Numbered from the stretch's first letter, positions 1 to 11,354 are shown. The stretch: 64,000 bases of DNA from Trueperaceae bacterium (GCA_965214405.1 OZ243956.1:3584001-3648000), one strand, 5' to 3'. The notes: generated by a model not told the origin, from the letters alone. Program-made: numbers and translations.

Positions 1-2
1 AC

Positions 3-1259
3 AGCGTCGCGCCTTCGTATGACGAGGCGGACTTAGTCGTCGTCAATACCTGCGGTTTTATCACCCCGGCGGTGGAGGAGTCGTTGGACGCGATTGGCGA
101 GGCGTTGGAACGTAGCGGTAAAGTCATCGTCACGGGTTGCTTGGGCGAGCGGCCCGACGAAATCATGGCGCGCCACCCGAGCGTGCTGGCGGTCACGGGT
201 CAGGCGGACGTGACGGGCGTGATGGAGAACGTGCGCCGCGTGCTGCCGCCCGACGCGCACCCCTTTACCAGCCTCGTGCCGCCGCAGGGCGTCAAGCTCA
301 CCCCGCGCCACTACGCGTACCTAAAGATTGCGGAGGGCTGCAACCACAAGTGCTCCTTTTGCATCATCCCGCAGATGCGCGGGTTGCAGGTCTCGAGAGA
401 CGCGGGCGAGATTCTTTACGAAGCCTACCGCCTCGTCGCCGCGGGCACGAAAGAGCTGGTGGTCATCGCGCAGGACTCGTCGGCCTACGGTGTGGACCTA
501 AGGCAGCGCTCGAGCGAGTTCCAGGGACGGCAGGTCGACGCGCACCTGGTCCCGCTGGTCACTGAACTTTCTCAAATGGGCGTCTGGGTGAGGCTGCATT
601 ACGTTTATCCCTACCCGCACGTCAAGGACCTCATTCCCTTGATGGCCGAGGGCAAGCTGCTCCCCTACTTAGACGTACCCCTGCAACACGCGAGTCCCCG
701 AATCCTCAAGCTCATGCGCCGTCCCGGCGGGGCGAATCAGCTCGAGACCCTGCGCGCCTGGCGCGAGGTCTGCCCTGAATTAGCCGTCCGCTCAACCTTT
801 ATCGTAGGCTTTCCCGGCGAAACCGAAGAGGACTTCGCGCAGCTTTTAGACTTTCTTGAGGAGGCGCGGCTCGAGCGCGTGGGCGCGTTTACCTACAGCG
901 AGGTACCGGGCGCGAGCGCCAACGCGCTGCCCGACCCCGTACCCGAGAGCGTCAAAGAGGAGCGTTACGCCCGCCTCATGGCGGCGCAAAGCCGCATTAG
1001 CGAGGAGAAAAACCGCGCCAAGGTCGGGCGGACGCTGCAAGTCATCGTAGACGATTACGGCGACTTTCCGGGCGACCTCGTCGGGCGCACCAAAGCGGAC
1101 GCGCCGGGCATTGACGGCAAGGTCTACGCGACTTCGGACGGCACGGTTAAGATTGGCGACGTTGTGAATGTGAGGGTGACGGGCTCGAGCACCTACGACT
1201 TAGAAGGCGAGGTCGTGAACGCGGTGCCGTGGCGGCCTAATGTGCTGACGATGGTTTGA
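3..1259 (+). CDS. rimO: Ribosomal protein S12 methylthiotransferase RimO (5' end truncated by window)
   Basis: Frame open from the window start ([12 protein letters not shown]); radical SAM motif [17 protein letters not shown]-terminal TRAM region with DAPGIDG. Confidence 0.95.
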   Translation, partial: SVAPSYDEADLVVVNTCGFITPAVEESLDAIGEALERSGKVIVTGCLGERPDEIMARHPSVLAVTGQADVTGVMENVRRVLPPDAHPFTSLVPPQGVKLTPRHYAYLKIAEGCNHKCSFCIIPQMRGLQVSRDAGEILYEAYRLVAAGTKELVVIAQDSSAYGVDLRQRSSEFQGRQVDAHLVPLVTELSQMGVWVRLHYVYPYPHVKDLIPLMAEGKLLPYLDVPLQHASPRILKLMRRPGGANQLETLRAWREVCPELAVRSTFIVGFPGETEEDFAQLLDFLEEARLERVGAFTYSEVPGASANALPDPVPESVKEERYARLMAAQSRISEEKNRAKVGRTLQVIVDDYGDFPGDLVGRTKADAPGIDGKVYATSDGTVKIGDVVNVRVTGSSTYDLEGEVVNAVPWRPNVLTMV

Positions 1260-1304
1260 AGAGGTGTTTAGGCGAGTCTGGAAGCATCTTCACCAACCTC
1301 ACCC

Positions 1305-2444
1305 TCACCTGTACGACTGACTCCGCCGGGAGAACAACCGCTCCTCCACCTCCGCCTCCCGCTCCTCACGGCCCCCCCGCTGCTGCGTCACCATCAAACG
1401 AAACTCGTGCGAACTCGTCGCCATCGCCAAGGCGTGCTCCATCGTGATGTGGCCCGCCAAATAAAGCGTGACGAGGTGCTGGTCGAAGGTCTGCATTCCC
1501 CGGATGTTGTCCTCCATCAGCGCCTCTTTGATAAGCGGCGTTTTTTTCTCGTCTTTGATGTAGTCGCGGATTAGCGGGGTATTGATGAGAACTTCCAACG
1601 ACAGCACCCGCCCCGGCCCGTCCGCGCGCGGCAAGAGGCGCTGGCTCACGACGCCCAAGAGCGATTCGGCGAACGTGACCCGGATTTGGTCGCGCTCGTG
1701 GGGCGCGAAAAAGTCGATCACGCGGTTGATGGTGCGAATCGTGTCGAGCGTGTGCAAGGTGCTCAAGACCAGGTGCCCCGTCTGCGCCGCGGTGATGGCG
1801 GCCTCGACGGTTTGCCGGTCGCGCATCTCGCCGATCATGATCACGTCGGGGTCTTGTCGCATCGCGGCCTTGAGCGCGCCGTAGAAGTCGGCGGTGTCGA
1901 GCCCCACCTCGCGCTGGATGACGAGGCTTTTCTGGTTGCGGTGGAGGATTTCGATGGGGTCTTCGATGGTAATGATGTTGCGCGGGTACTTGCGGTTGAT
2001 AAAGTCCACCATCGCCGCGAGCGTGGTGGATTTGCCCGAGCCGGTCGGTCCAGTGACCAAGACGAGGCCGCGGGCTCCGCTCGAGAACTCCGTCATCACC
2101 CCCACAGGCAGCCCGAGCGTCTCAAAGCTCGGCACGGTCTCGCCCACGGTGCGCATCACCACCCCCACCGAGCCGCGCTGGCGAAAGGCGTTACAGCGAA
2201 AGCGGGCCACATGCGGAATCGTAAAGGCGAAGTCGAGTTCCCGGCAGCTTCCAAAAAGCTCGCGCTGCGACTCCGACATCATCGCCAGGGCGATGCCCTC
2301 GGTTTGCTGCGGCGTCAGGTCGGGCGCGCCCTCGAAGGGTCGCAGGTCGCCGTCCACGCGCATCATGGGGGGCGTGCCCGCGTGCAGGTGAATGTCGGAA
2401 GCGCGCTGGGCGACCATGTCTTTGAGCATATCGGCGATTTTCAT
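1305..2444 (-). CDS. pilT: Type IV pilus retraction ATPase, PilT/PilU family
   Basis: ASDIHL, GPTGSGKSTT, TIEDPIE, AMRQDPDVIMIGEMRD, TGHLVLSTLHT, GMQTFDQ; RBS GAGGAG upstream. Confidence 0.88.
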   Translation of the reverse strand: MKIADMLKDMVAQRASDIHLHAGTPPMMRVDGDLRPFEGAPDLTPQQTEGIALAMMSESQRELFGSCRELDFAFTIPHVARFRCNAFRQRGSVGVVMRTVGETVPSFETLGLPVGVMTEFSSGARGLVLVTGPTGSGKSTTLAAMVDFINRKYPRNIITIEDPIEILHRNQKSLVIQREVGLDTADFYGALKAAMRQDPDVIMIGEMRDRQTVEAAITAAQTGHLVLSTLHTLDTIRTINRVIDFFAPHERDQIRVTFAESLLGVVSQRLLPRADGPGRVLSLEVLINTPLIRDYIKDEKKTPLIKEALMEDNIRGMQTFDQHLVTLYLAGHITMEHALAMATSSHEFRLMVTQQRGGREEREAEVEERLFSRRSQSYR

Positions 2445-2699
2445 CTCCTCTTAGTGTGACCGCCGCTGGGGGTTCAGCCTGTGAAATTCGCCGCCTTGGG
2501 GGATGCGCGAAAGGTAACATGTGTTTTGGGATGAGAGAGGGGGCTCGAGCTAAACCCACATAAAGGCAGATTGACGTTGAAGTGTTTAAGAAGAGAAATT
2601 TCTTTCAGATATACGGCCACGCCATCCTTGTGGTTATTATCTCTCGTTCCTTTGCTGCGGTAGTACCCTTGTTAAGGATGTTATTTTGCGAGGTGTAAG

Positions 2700-3263
2700 A
2701 TGATGACAATCAGGTTGCTGTTGCTAAAATCGCTACGACTTTCAAACATTATCACTCCAATATTATGTGCTTTCTTATTTGCTGCCTGTGCTCCCCAGGT
2801 CGAAACTGAACCCGCACGAGAGACCGTAGAGCTACCTACGCCAGAACCTGAACCAACAACTTAATTACCGGTTGACTACACCATAGAGTTTAGAGGACTC
2901 TACCGCTGTCCGCAAAATGGCGGCTATACCGCTGCAATACTTGCGTTCGCAAATACAGGTGAGAGGCCTTTGGGTGAAAAGTTTACACACATCATTGATT
3001 TGACTCTGAATGAAACACTCTACGGTCCTTTCTCAAATAAAAATTACCACTTAGAGCCTGGTAAATGTGGAGCGGGTCCGGCAGCTTGGCTTGAACCAGG
3101 CGAAACGTTATTCGGAACATACGCGATAGACAGAAACATTCACAGCTCTATGATGTTAGGGCATGATGTGGAAGTTGCTATGAAAATCTGTACTAGCAAG
3201 CCAGAATACTTGTGTGAAGAACGCAGCTTAATTTTTCAACTACCTCAAGAGTTCGATTTTTAG
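2700..3263 (+). pseudogene. AT-rich putative lipoprotein interrupted by one in-frame TAA (2862-2864)
   Basis: ATG 2700 after GAGGTG; signal peptide with lipobox FAAC, Pro/Glu/Thr linker, TAA, then the same frame stays open to 3263. Confidence 0.6.
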
Positions 3264-3377
3264 CTGTTGGCTGCCCTCAACCAAGTGCTGCAAGGGATTC
3301 GTTCTCTAAACGCGCCAAAGAAGTTTAGAGGACATTGATACAGTTCAAGACAACGTAGTTCTAAACGCCAATACAAC

Positions 3378-4631
3378 CTAGCCGTCATACGCCCGGTCGA
3401 GAAGCTGCACCGTATGGAGGACAGGCAGCGGTTTCCCCTGCTCGCGCAAGTGCGCCCTGATCTGCGTCATGCAGCCGATGTTCCCGGTTGCCACGACCTC
3501 CGCACCCGTAGAGAGAATGGCGTCGGCTTTGCGCGCGCCCAGTTCCCTGGCAATCTCGGGATGCTCTATATTGTAGGTGCCCGCCGAGCCGCAGCAGATT
3601 TCGCCGTCGGGGATTTCTAAGAGCTCGAGCCCCCCCACCTGTGAGAGCAGCCTCCTCGGCTCCTCCGTCACGCCCTGCGCGTGCGCGAGGTGGCAGGCGT
3701 CGTGGTAGGCGACTTTGAGGGGTTTGAAGAGCGAGGAGGGACGGACGCCCAGCCCGGTTAAGAACACGCTCACGTCCTGCACGCGCTTCGTGAACGCCTC
3801 CGCCGCCTCTTCCTCGGGTTCACCCTTGAGCCACAGCGCGTACTCTTTCATGCCCGACCCGCACCCCGCCGCGTTGGTTAAAATCGCGTCTACATCTTCT
3901 GGAAAGGCGGTTAGATTGTGTTTAGCAAACCTCACAGCCTGCCCCGCCGCGCCCGTATGCGCGGCCAGCGCGCCGCAGCAGCCCTGTGCCTTGGGAATAA
4001 CGACCTCGACCCCATTTTTTGCGAGAACCCTGAGCGTGGCCCAGTTGATGTCGGGCTCGAGCACCCGCTGCGCGCAACCCGCTAGGAGCGCCACCCTCGC
4101 CCGCCGCGTCCCCTCCGCCGGATAGACCTCGGGCAGCGGCGGCGCACGCTTCACACTTTCGGGCAGAAGCTCGAGCATACCCCCTAGCCGCCCTGGTAAG
4201 AACTTTTGAAAGGGCTTGGCGAACCCGCCCAGGGTAGCCGCCGCGCGGAAGCGGCGAGGATAGGGCAGGGTCTCGAGCACAAAGCGCCGCAAGAGCTTGT
4301 CAAACGTGCTACGCTCCCGCTCCTCTTCGGCGCGCATTCTAAAAGGCGTCAGCAAGTCGCCATATTGAACCCCGGACGGGCACGCGGTCACGCAGGCCAT
4401 GCAGCCCAAGCAGGCGTCGATGTGGGGCAGGGCGTCGGGAAGCTCGAGTTCACCCTCCAACGTCTCTTTCATCAAAAAGATGCGCCCCCGCGGCGAGTCC
4501 ATTTCCTCGCCCAGCACCCGGTAGGTGGGGCAGGTAGGCAGGCAAAACCCGCAGTGAACGCAACTCTCGACAGCCTCGGCCATCGGTTCGCCCATAGGGC
4601 CGATGTCTTCTACGGGAATTTTATGCTGCAT
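3378..4631 (-). CDS. glcF: Glycolate oxidase Fe-S subunit
   Basis: Two ferredoxin motifs ([24 protein letters not shown]) plus CCG domains; follows glcE. Confidence 0.93.
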   Translation of the reverse strand: MQHKIPVEDIGPMGEPMAEAVESCVHCGFCLPTCPTYRVLGEEMDSPRGRIFLMKETLEGELELPDALPHIDACLGCMACVTACPSGVQYGDLLTPFRMRAEEERERSTFDKLLRRFVLETLPYPRRFRAAATLGGFAKPFQKFLPGRLGGMLELLPESVKRAPPLPEVYPAEGTRRARVALLAGCAQRVLEPDINWATLRVLAKNGVEVVIPKAQGCCGALAAHTGAAGQAVRFAKHNLTAFPEDVDAILTNAAGCGSGMKEYALWLKGEPEEEAAEAFTKRVQDVSVFLTGLGVRPSSLFKPLKVAYHDACHLAHAQGVTEEPRRLLSQVGGLELLEIPDGEICCGSAGTYNIEHPEIARELGARKADAILSTGAEVVATGNIGCMTQIRAHLREQGKPLPVLHTVQLLDRAYDG

Positions 4632-5694
4632 AAGCCCCTTCCAACGCGAATTTTCCTTCCGGGTCGAGCACGCTCACGATTCTCTCCATAAACGCATTTT
4701 TCTTCACTCCCAAAAGCGGCGTCTCCCACGTTCCCGTAAGCGCCAAAGCTGAAAGGTTAAGAGAATTCAGCAGCGCCCTCAGCCTCTTCTCCCCCACTCC
4801 CTCCGGCCACGCCAGCCACAGCACGTTGCCGCCCACGCTGTAGCGGCGGGGTGCGGTGTAGGGTTCGAGGGCGCGCTCGAGTTCCCCCACCCGCTGAGGA
4901 TTCAAAGGAATCTTAACGAGAGAGTGACTTTCAGGAATCCACAAAAACTCCCGCGCCTCCCGCCACACTATCTCGTCCGCATCACCCTCTAAAGTTTCAC
5001 CTTCTCGTCCGCTAAGCGCCTCTACACGTTCTAGCCGCTCTCTCAGCGCATCCGCAGTTCCGCCGACGCGCACGAGGAGGCGTCCCGAGGGCTCAAAGTC
5101 GAGACAGGCGGGCTCGAAGGGAGACACCGCCAGCTTTTGCACGGCGTTTACGGCGTTCTCTAGACTTCTCATATCAACATCCAGCGTCGCGTACGCCTCG
5201 GGGCGCGGGAACACTTTGAACGTCAACTCGACGAGCACGCCGAACGCGCCTAAAGCGCCAACCATCAGCTTGGGGAAATCGAACCCGGCGGCGTTCTTGA
5301 CCACCTTGCCGCCGCCCGTCACGAGCTTCCCTTCACCGCTCACAAAGGTGACGCCTAAGAGAAAGTCGCGCACGCCGCCATAGCGAAAGCGCCCCGGCCC
5401 CGACAAGCCCGTCGCCACCGTGCCGCCGAGCGTGGCACCCGCGCCCGCGAAAGGCGGATCAAAGGGGAGGTACTGTCCGTGCTCTCCAAGCAGCGTTTCA
5501 ACTTCATGTAACGGCGTACCTGCTAAAGCTGTAAAAGTGTATTCGCTGGGCTCGTACTCGAGCACCCCCGCCAGCCCCGCCAGCTTCAAGTTGCCACCCC
5601 TCGAGAGAGCTGGTTTGCTGCCGCCGCCCACGGGGCACAGGCTCGAGCCGATCCTGACTGCCTCCTGAATACGCTGGATGTGGTTGTTGGGCAT
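4621..5694 (-). CDS. glcE: Glycolate oxidase FAD-binding subunit
   Basis: [23 protein letters not shown]; lies between glcD and glcF. Confidence 0.9.
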   Translation of the reverse strand: MPNNHIQRIQEAVRIGSSLCPVGGGSKPALSRGGNLKLAGLAGVLEYEPSEYTFTALAGTPLHEVETLLGEHGQYLPFDPPFAGAGATLGGTVATGLSGPGRFRYGGVRDFLLGVTFVSGEGKLVTGGGKVVKNAAGFDFPKLMVGALGAFGVLVELTFKVFPRPEAYATLDVDMRSLENAVNAVQKLAVSPFEPACLDFEPSGRLLVRVGGTADALRERLERVEALSGREGETLEGDADEIVWREAREFLWIPESHSLVKIPLNPQRVGELERALEPYTAPRRYSVGGNVLWLAWPEGVGEKRLRALLNSLNLSALALTGTWETPLLGVKKNAFMERIVSVLDPEGKFALEGAYAA

Positions 5695-5736
5695 AGGCTC
5701 CTCGAGTGATGAGTGGTGAGATAAAAATGGGAAAAG

Positions 5737-7182
5737 CTACTCCCTAAAGATGACGCCTTGGGCCTCGAGGGGGTGCGGGCCGTGCATCGTCAAAGCGGGC
5801 GCTTCGGCGGTAGGAAGCATTTTGCCGCGGTTGGCAAGGCCCTTGGGGTCTATAGCGTCACGGACGCGCGTCATGATGTCCATGTCGCTCTCGCCGTACT
5901 GCTCGGGCAAAAAGGCGCGCTTCTCGACGCCGACGCCGTGCTCGCCCGTAATCGAGCCGCCCAGACGGATGCAGAGGCGCAGGATGTCGGCTGCAAGTTC
6001 CTCGGCACGTTCCAAGTCGCCCTCGACGCGCCCGTTGTAGAGGATGAGCGGGTGCAGATTGCCGTCACCCGCGTGAAACACATTGGCGACGCGCAAAGAA
6101 TGCTCCTTACTCAAACGTTCAATTTCGGCGAGCGCGTCGCCCAGTTTAGTGCGCGGCACGACGCCGTCTTGAACGATGTAGTCGGGGCTGAGGCGTCCGA
6201 CGGCTGAAAACGCACCCTTGCGGCCCTTCCAAATTTTGGCCCGCTCGAGCCCCCCGTCCGCCACCCGCGTGTAGAACGCGCCCGAGGCCTCGATGACTTC
6301 CATGAGCCGCGGGAACTCGGCGTGGACTTCTTCTTGGGGACCCTCGAGTTCGACAATTAAGAGCCCCTGCGCGTCCGGCGGATAGCCCGCGTGAACCGCC
6401 GCCTCAGCCGCGTCCATCGCCAGCCGGTCCATAATCTCCATCGCGCCGGGCAGGAGCCCCGAGGCGACGATTGAGGCCACCGCCTCCCCCGCCTCCGCCA
6501 GAGACGTATAAGCGGCCAGCACCGTCCGGTAAACCTCCACCTTGGGGAGCAGCCGCAGCGTGATCTCGAGCGCGATGCCAAACAGCCCCTCCGAGCCGAC
6601 GAACATCCCGACCAAATCGGGGCCGACCATCTCCAAGCTGTCGCCCCCCAGCTCCGTCACCTCACCATCGGGCAGCACCACCTTGAGGCCCAGCACGTGA
6701 TTGGCGGTCATGCCGTACTTGAGGCAGTGCGCTCCGCCCGAATTGAACGCGACGTTCCCGCCGATGGTGCAGACGGGGCCGCTCGAGGGGTCGGGCGCGT
6801 AAAGGAGGCCGTGGGGCGCCGCCGCGTTCGTGACCGCCTGGTTGATGACGCCGGGCTCCACCACCGCCACGCGCGCTTTTGCGTCCAGGTGGAGCACGCG
6901 GTTGAGGCGGTTTAAGGCGATGACCACGCCCCCCTCGACGGGCAGCGAGCCGCCCGACAGGCTCGTGCCGCTGCCTCGAGCCACGAAGGGCACGTCGTGC
7001 TCAAAACACAGGCGCACCGTTTTAATAACCTCCGCCTGCGACTCGGGCAGGACGACCAGGGCGGGGCTCGAGCGGAATGCGGTGAGCCCGTCCGAGGCGT
7101 AGGCGACGGTTTGCGCGGGGCCGGTGAGGAGGCGGGGGCCGTAGAGGGGTGAAAGCGCCTCCGTGAGTTCGGTGATGGGCAT
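5737..7182 (-). CDS. glcD: Glycolate oxidase subunit GlcD (FAD-linked oxidase)
   Basis: [40 protein letters not shown]. Confidence 0.92.
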   Translation of the reverse strand: MPITELTEALSPLYGPRLLTGPAQTVAYASDGLTAFRSSPALVVLPESQAEVIKTVRLCFEHDVPFVARGSGTSLSGGSLPVEGGVVIALNRLNRVLHLDAKARVAVVEPGVINQAVTNAAAPHGLLYAPDPSSGPVCTIGGNVAFNSGGAHCLKYGMTANHVLGLKVVLPDGEVTELGGDSLEMVGPDLVGMFVGSEGLFGIALEITLRLLPKVEVYRTVLAAYTSLAEAGEAVASIVASGLLPGAMEIMDRLAMDAAEAAVHAGYPPDAQGLLIVELEGPQEEVHAEFPRLMEVIEASGAFYTRVADGGLERAKIWKGRKGAFSAVGRLSPDYIVQDGVVPRTKLGDALAEIERLSKEHSLRVANVFHAGDGNLHPLILYNGRVEGDLERAEELAADILRLCIRLGGSITGEHGVGVEKRAFLPEQYGESDMDIMTRVRDAIDPKGLANRGKMLPTAEAPALTMHGPHPLEAQGVIFRE

Positions 7183-7265
7183 GAGCTTCCCTTCTGTATA
7201 GCAAGGCCGGGGTATCTTTTGTTTATGATACAGCTTGATGGTTTAGGGGATAAGAATACTGAGGA

Positions 7266-8906
7266 CTATGGTGTGTCAGACAGAAAATGTTCCTCTAGCA
7301 AGTTGAAGAGACTCACTACTTCTAACAGCATGTCCTCAAAAACTTTGCTAAGGCTTTTGTTATCAAAATCGAGACTTTTGGCAAGCTTCTCGTAATTCGA
7401 GCCTTTACGATGGGCTACGCCAGTTGAGCGTAAAGACTGAAGACCCCGTAAAAAGAAGACAAGTCTTTCGCATTCTGCAAAATTCTGCTCCAACAGGTAC
7501 TGCTCCAATTTATCAATACCTTTAGCATTTGCTGACAATTCACCAGTTAAACTTTTCTTAACATCTTTTTCATTCAAAGAATCAACTAGAACCTTCGTCA
7601 GTGCTAAAATTTGAGCATCAAATTCTGCTTGACCATCATTGAGCGGGATGCGTAGAGCATTAAGGGAGTGAGCATCATCTTTACTTAGCGGCTTGAAGAG
7701 CAACCAGCCTTGCGCCTTCTCCCATCTCTCTTGGAAAACGTTGAAGCAGTATTTAAAGAGTAAGTCGGCTTTTTCTGGCTCAGCAGCTTCTGCTAGAAAA
7801 CTCCGTTTGAAGTTGACTTTACTGATGCCGCTCTCAGGAGAGATATTGAAGTTACGCCAGTATAACTGCTCGTTATAAGACAAATCTCTACCCAAATCTC
7901 CGAGAAAGACGGAAATATACTTTTCGTGATTGTTGTCTAACCTCAACAGCCATAGTCCGCCACAACGCAAAGAACCATCTTCCACCCTGTATTTTTCAGG
8001 ATGTGCGTAGTATTTGCTCAACACTTCGCGTTTAAAGAAAACTGGAGTAAGATAATTTGGGGCCTCGGGATTCGCCCCAAACCAGTTTGCTAGTCGCTCA
8101 GGATTGCAGGTGTAGGTTACCTCGTCCCCATCCTCATCTACACCGATGATGAAGTCAACATACTGAACGTTTTTCTCTTCACTGAAAGGCCAAAAACCGC
8201 TCTTTTCTTTCCTGACTCCTGTAAACAATTTTTTCCCGACAACTCTGGAAATTGAAGCAAACTCGCCTCTCGATGAAAAATCATCTTCTGCCGCATCGAA
8301 AGCGTAGGTGAGACTATTTTTTGTAGTCTTGGTATGTCGCTCTTCAGGTTCAACAACGTTTATAGAGAGAGGCGAGTATCTAACACTGTCAAAGAAAACT
8401 GCGAGGTGCATCTCCTTGATTGCCAAGAACTGCTTGACAGCGAGAAGCTTAATCTTCACCACTTCACTGTTTACCTGGATGATTTCGTCTTCATTGCCAT
8501 CTTCATCTATTTTGATAAAGGTGTTTGACTTCACATCATGATACAGGTTATGGAAATGGCGGAACTCCTCAGAAATTTCTATATATCCCGATTTCACGCC
8601 GTGAAAATTGCGGTAGATAACGAGGGGCTCAATTCCAGAAGAGCTAAAGCGATGATACTCAACTACTTTTTCGTTACCATCATGGGGGTAACTACAGTGA
8701 GGCAATCCTTCTCCTACAGATAAATCCCACGATTGATAATTTAAAGACTCCTCCACCTTCCCATTAGGAACCAAGGCGCAGAAAAAACTGAGGTCGCTAT
8801 TTTGTTTGCTATCGAAAGAGTGAACAGTAACCCATGTATCTCTACCAAGACGTTCTTCCAAATACTTTTTGAAATCAGATTGCAGTAAGTAGTCTAAATC
8901 GGACAC
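7266..8906 (-). CDS. AT-rich 546-aa hypothetical protein with C-terminal HEPN-like RxxxxxH motif
   Basis: Long intact ORF; LQSLRSTGVAHRKG in a helical-looking C-terminus; GTG start 9 nt after the higA stop; line 7501-7560 is 19/60 GC versus 41/60 for line 6421-6480 in glcD. Confidence 0.75.
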   Translation of the reverse strand: MSDLDYLLQSDFKKYLEERLGRDTWVTVHSFDSKQNSDLSFFCALVPNGKVEESLNYQSWDLSVGEGLPHCSYPHDGNEKVVEYHRFSSSGIEPLVIYRNFHGVKSGYIEISEEFRHFHNLYHDVKSNTFIKIDEDGNEDEIIQVNSEVVKIKLLAVKQFLAIKEMHLAVFFDSVRYSPLSINVVEPEERHTKTTKNSLTYAFDAAEDDFSSRGEFASISRVVGKKLFTGVRKEKSGFWPFSEEKNVQYVDFIIGVDEDGDEVTYTCNPERLANWFGANPEAPNYLTPVFFKREVLSKYYAHPEKYRVEDGSLRCGGLWLLRLDNNHEKYISVFLGDLGRDLSYNEQLYWRNFNISPESGISKVNFKRSFLAEAAEPEKADLLFKYCFNVFQERWEKAQGWLLFKPLSKDDAHSLNALRIPLNDGQAEFDAQILALTKVLVDSLNEKDVKKSLTGELSANAKGIDKLEQYLLEQNFAECERLVFFLRGLQSLRSTGVAHRKGSNYEKLAKSLDFDNKSLSKVFEDMLLEVVSLFNLLEEHFLSDTP

Positions 8907-8915
8907 TTCTTGATT

Positions 8916-9329
8916 CTAACTCTTTATTTGAAGAAACACCCCCGGCGACACCCCAAACCGCTCAGCCAACGCCCGAACATGCCGCACATTCAGCTCACGC
9001 TTACCGCTCAGCACCTCAGACACCACACCCTGCGAACCAATCTCAGGCAGGTCGGACTGAGCCAAGCCACGCTCTTCCATAAAAAACCGCAGCATCTCCC
9101 TTCCCGAAACATCGGGCAGGCTGTAATGCGCTTCTTCGTAGCTGTGCAGAAGGGTCCCGAGCGTGTCCAACAGGTCATAAAGAGGATGCGCCTCGTCCGT
9201 GCCGACTTCGTCAACAAGCTTGTTCAAGTAAGAAACCGCTCTGTCATAATCTTCTTCGGTGTGGATGGCGAGAACGGGGCGAACGGCTGACCAGTGGGTT
9301 TCCAGTTCTGTAAAACTCATTCTTTCCAC
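8916..9329 (-). CDS. higA: HigA family antitoxin (HTH)
   Basis: IHTEEDYDRA...LLHSYEEAHY, then HTH LAQSDLPEIGSQGVVSEVLSGKRELN; overlaps the higB 3' end. Confidence 0.88.
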   Translation of the reverse strand: MERMSFTELETHWSAVRPVLAIHTEEDYDRAVSYLNKLVDEVGTDEAHPLYDLLDTLGTLLHSYEEAHYSLPDVSGREMLRFFMEERGLAQSDLPEIGSQGVVSEVLSGKRELNVRHVRALAERFGVSPGVFLQIKS

Positions 9330-9604
9330 GCTCCTTTGTCATACTCCCTGTGGGTCAAAACATGCCGAACGTAAACTTTGCCGCGGTTAAAGTGTACGGA
9401 CGCGATGAGCCGATAGTTGTTGCCGCCAAGGTTAAAAACAATCAAATTTCCCACCTTGTCCGCGCTAGGGAATGCCCTGCGTAGCTCGTTGAACGTTCCG
9501 AAATCACTCCTGCTAATCGCTTTGAACCACCGCTGAAGTGGAACTTCGCTCTCGGGGTGTTCCTCCCAAAAGGTGACGAGTGCTTTTCGGGAGATGATAT
9601 GCAC
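9317..9604 (-). CDS. higB: HigB family mRNA interferase toxin
   Basis: MHIISRKALVTFW...FPSADKVG..VFNLGGNNYRLIA...THREYDKG; GTG 9604 lies 5 nt after TACAAT. Confidence 0.9.
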   Translation of the reverse strand: MHIISRKALVTFWEEHPESEVPLQRWFKAISRSDFGTFNELRRAFPSADKVGNLIVFNLGGNNYRLIASVHFNRGKVYVRHVLTHREYDKGAWKE

Positions 9605-9744
9605 ACCCGATTGTATCTCAAGAAGAGATGGAGGGCGTGAAAGAAGCACACGGTACTGATGTGCTGTCAAGTTTTTAGCAGCTCGAGCCCCCAACCGTGC
9701 CCCCTCGCCTTGATGCTCCCCACCACAGCGCGTATGATTTTAGA

Positions 9745-10629
9745 GTGCAAGCCTCCCCAAACCTCCTGCTTACCCCCGACACCTCCGCCCTTCACGATGG
9801 CGTCCAGCACCTCGCCACTTTGCTAACAGGCCGCCGTGTGCTCGTGCTCTCCGGCGCGGGCGTGAGCACCGAGTCGGGCATCCCGGATTATCGAGGGCCG
9901 GAAAGCATCAAAAAGCCGCGCAACCCGATGCGCTACAAGGAGTTCGTCGGGGGCGCGGAGGCGAGGCAGCGCTACTGGGCGCGAAGCTTTCGGGGCTGGC
10001 TGGCGGTTCACCGGGCGAAGCCTAATGAGGGGCACCGGGCCTTGGCGGCGATGGAGGCGCGAGGGGCACTCGGCGGCGTGATTACTCAGAACGTGGACGG
10101 GCTGCACCAGGGGGCGGGGAGCCGCAACGTGCTCGAGCTTCACGGCTCTTTAGCGTCGGTCAAGTGCTTGGAGTGTGGGGCGCGCGAGTCGCGGCGCAAG
10201 CTGCAAGCGCGGATGCTCGTCTTGAACCCAGCTTTTGAAACGCAGGGAGTTGAGATTACCCCCGACGGCGACGCGGAGATTCCGCAGGGGTTGATTGACA
10301 GCTTTACAGTGCCGGAATGTCTGCACTGCGGGGGCGTCCTCAAGCCCGATGTGGTGTTTTTTGGCGAGAACGTACCCAAGGAGCGGGTGCTGCGGGCGTA
10401 TGAGATGCTAGCTCGAGCCGACGCACTCTTGGTGGTAGGTTCGTCGCTTACGGTGTTTTCGGGGTATCGCTTTGTGGCTCGAGCCACGCAAGAGGGCAAA
10501 CCCGTCGCCATCATCAACCAAGGGCCGACGCGGGGTGATGGGGATGCGGTGCTAAAAGTAGAAGCGCCGCTTGGGGAGGTTTTACCGGCTTTGGCGGCGC
10601 TTCTTCCTTCTCCCGTTAGTTCTTTGTAA
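9745..10629 (+). CDS. NAD-dependent protein deacylase, class II (SIRT4-like) sirtuin
   Basis: GAGVSTESGIPDYR, RQRYWARS, TQNVDGLH, Zn ribbon CxxC...CxxC, KPDVVFFGE, GSSL; start taken at the GTG after TATGAT. Confidence 0.9.
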   Translation: MQASPNLLLTPDTSALHDGVQHLATLLTGRRVLVLSGAGVSTESGIPDYRGPESIKKPRNPMRYKEFVGGAEARQRYWARSFRGWLAVHRAKPNEGHRALAAMEARGALGGVITQNVDGLHQGAGSRNVLELHGSLASVKCLECGARESRRKLQARMLVLNPAFETQGVEITPDGDAEIPQGLIDSFTVPECLHCGGVLKPDVVFFGENVPKERVLRAYEMLARADALLVVGSSLTVFSGYRFVARATQEGKPVAIINQGPTRGDGDAVLKVEAPLGEVLPALAALLPSPVSSL

Positions 10630-10661
10630 AGGGTATTTTGAGGCGCAATAGCTGAACTGCT

Positions 10662-11354
10662 TTAACCCTCTTCGACCTCGAGTTCCACCTTCAGATTCCC
10701 CTTGCGTGTTTCGCCTTGCACCTTGGAAACTGTAAAACGTCCTAACCCCTCCGCGTAGACTTCATCCCCCGGTTCGGCGGCGCTCGATTTGCCCGCGCGC
10801 TCGCCGTTCACGCTCACCTTGCCCCCGGCAACGCCCTTGGAGAAGTAGGAGCGGGACACGCGAAAAGCCTTGGCCCCGAGCGCGTCCACGCGCAGAGACG
10901 GCACCACCACCTGAGAGCGTTTTACGCGGCCCGAGCCGAGGCGGTCCAAACTCACCTCCTGCGGCGTGACCCTTTGCGGGCCGACGCGCTCGAGACGCAG
11001 CGCCTCCTCCAAAGCGGCGCGCATCACGACCATCGTGAGGCCGTCTTGGTGCGCCACGATGTCTCCTAAATGTTCGTCAGGGAGACCGGCCCTTGTTAGC
11101 GCCACGCGCAAATCCGCCTCATCATGGACGCCCGCCACGTACACCGCCGCGAGCGGCGTGGTGGCCTCGGGGATGTGCTCGGGGTAGGCGGTCAGCACCC
11201 GCCGCCGCGCACCCGGATAGCCCCCGTCGAGGGTGACGCTCGCCCCGCCCGCCCGCAGAGTTGCGGCGAGCTTTGCGCCCTCATCAGGGTCTAGGAAGCC
11301 CGTGTGCGTCACGCGCCCGCCGCGCACGGCGGTGAGGAGGCTGTGGGGGTCCAT
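10662..11354 (-). CDS. YlmH/Sll1252-family S4-domain RNA-binding protein
   Basis: TGFLDP, GGYPGARRR, LGDI, SLRVDALGAKAFRVSRS S4 domain. Confidence 0.8.
   Translation of the reverse strand: MDPHSLLTAVRGGRVTHTGFLDPDEGAKLAATLRAGGASVTLDGGYPGARRRVLTAYPEHIPEATTPLAAVYVAGVHDEADLRVALTRAGLPDEHLGDIVAHQDGLTMVVMRAALEEALRLERVGPQRVTPQEVSLDRLGSGRVKRSQVVVPSLRVDALGAKAFRVSRSYFSKGVAGGKVSVNGERAGKSSAAEPGDEVYAEGLGRFTVSKVQGETRKGNLKVELEVEEG

Noticed and set aside
1582..2459. Long antisense ORFs opposite pilT and other GC-rich genes
   Set aside because: Expected by-product of high-GC codon bias; no recognisable motifs or translation signals.
3272..3377. Possible integron attC after the AT-rich lipoprotein (CAACCAAGTGCTGCAAGGGA)
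   Set aside because: No proper RYYYAAC/GTTRRRY pair or complementary arm could be found, and no integrase is present.
9745..10629. Sirtuin as a defence NADase (Thoeris/DSR) linked to the TA-HEPN cassette
   Set aside because: It has the Zn ribbon and motifs of a housekeeping class II deacylase, native GC content and CTCGAG sites, and is divergently transcribed.
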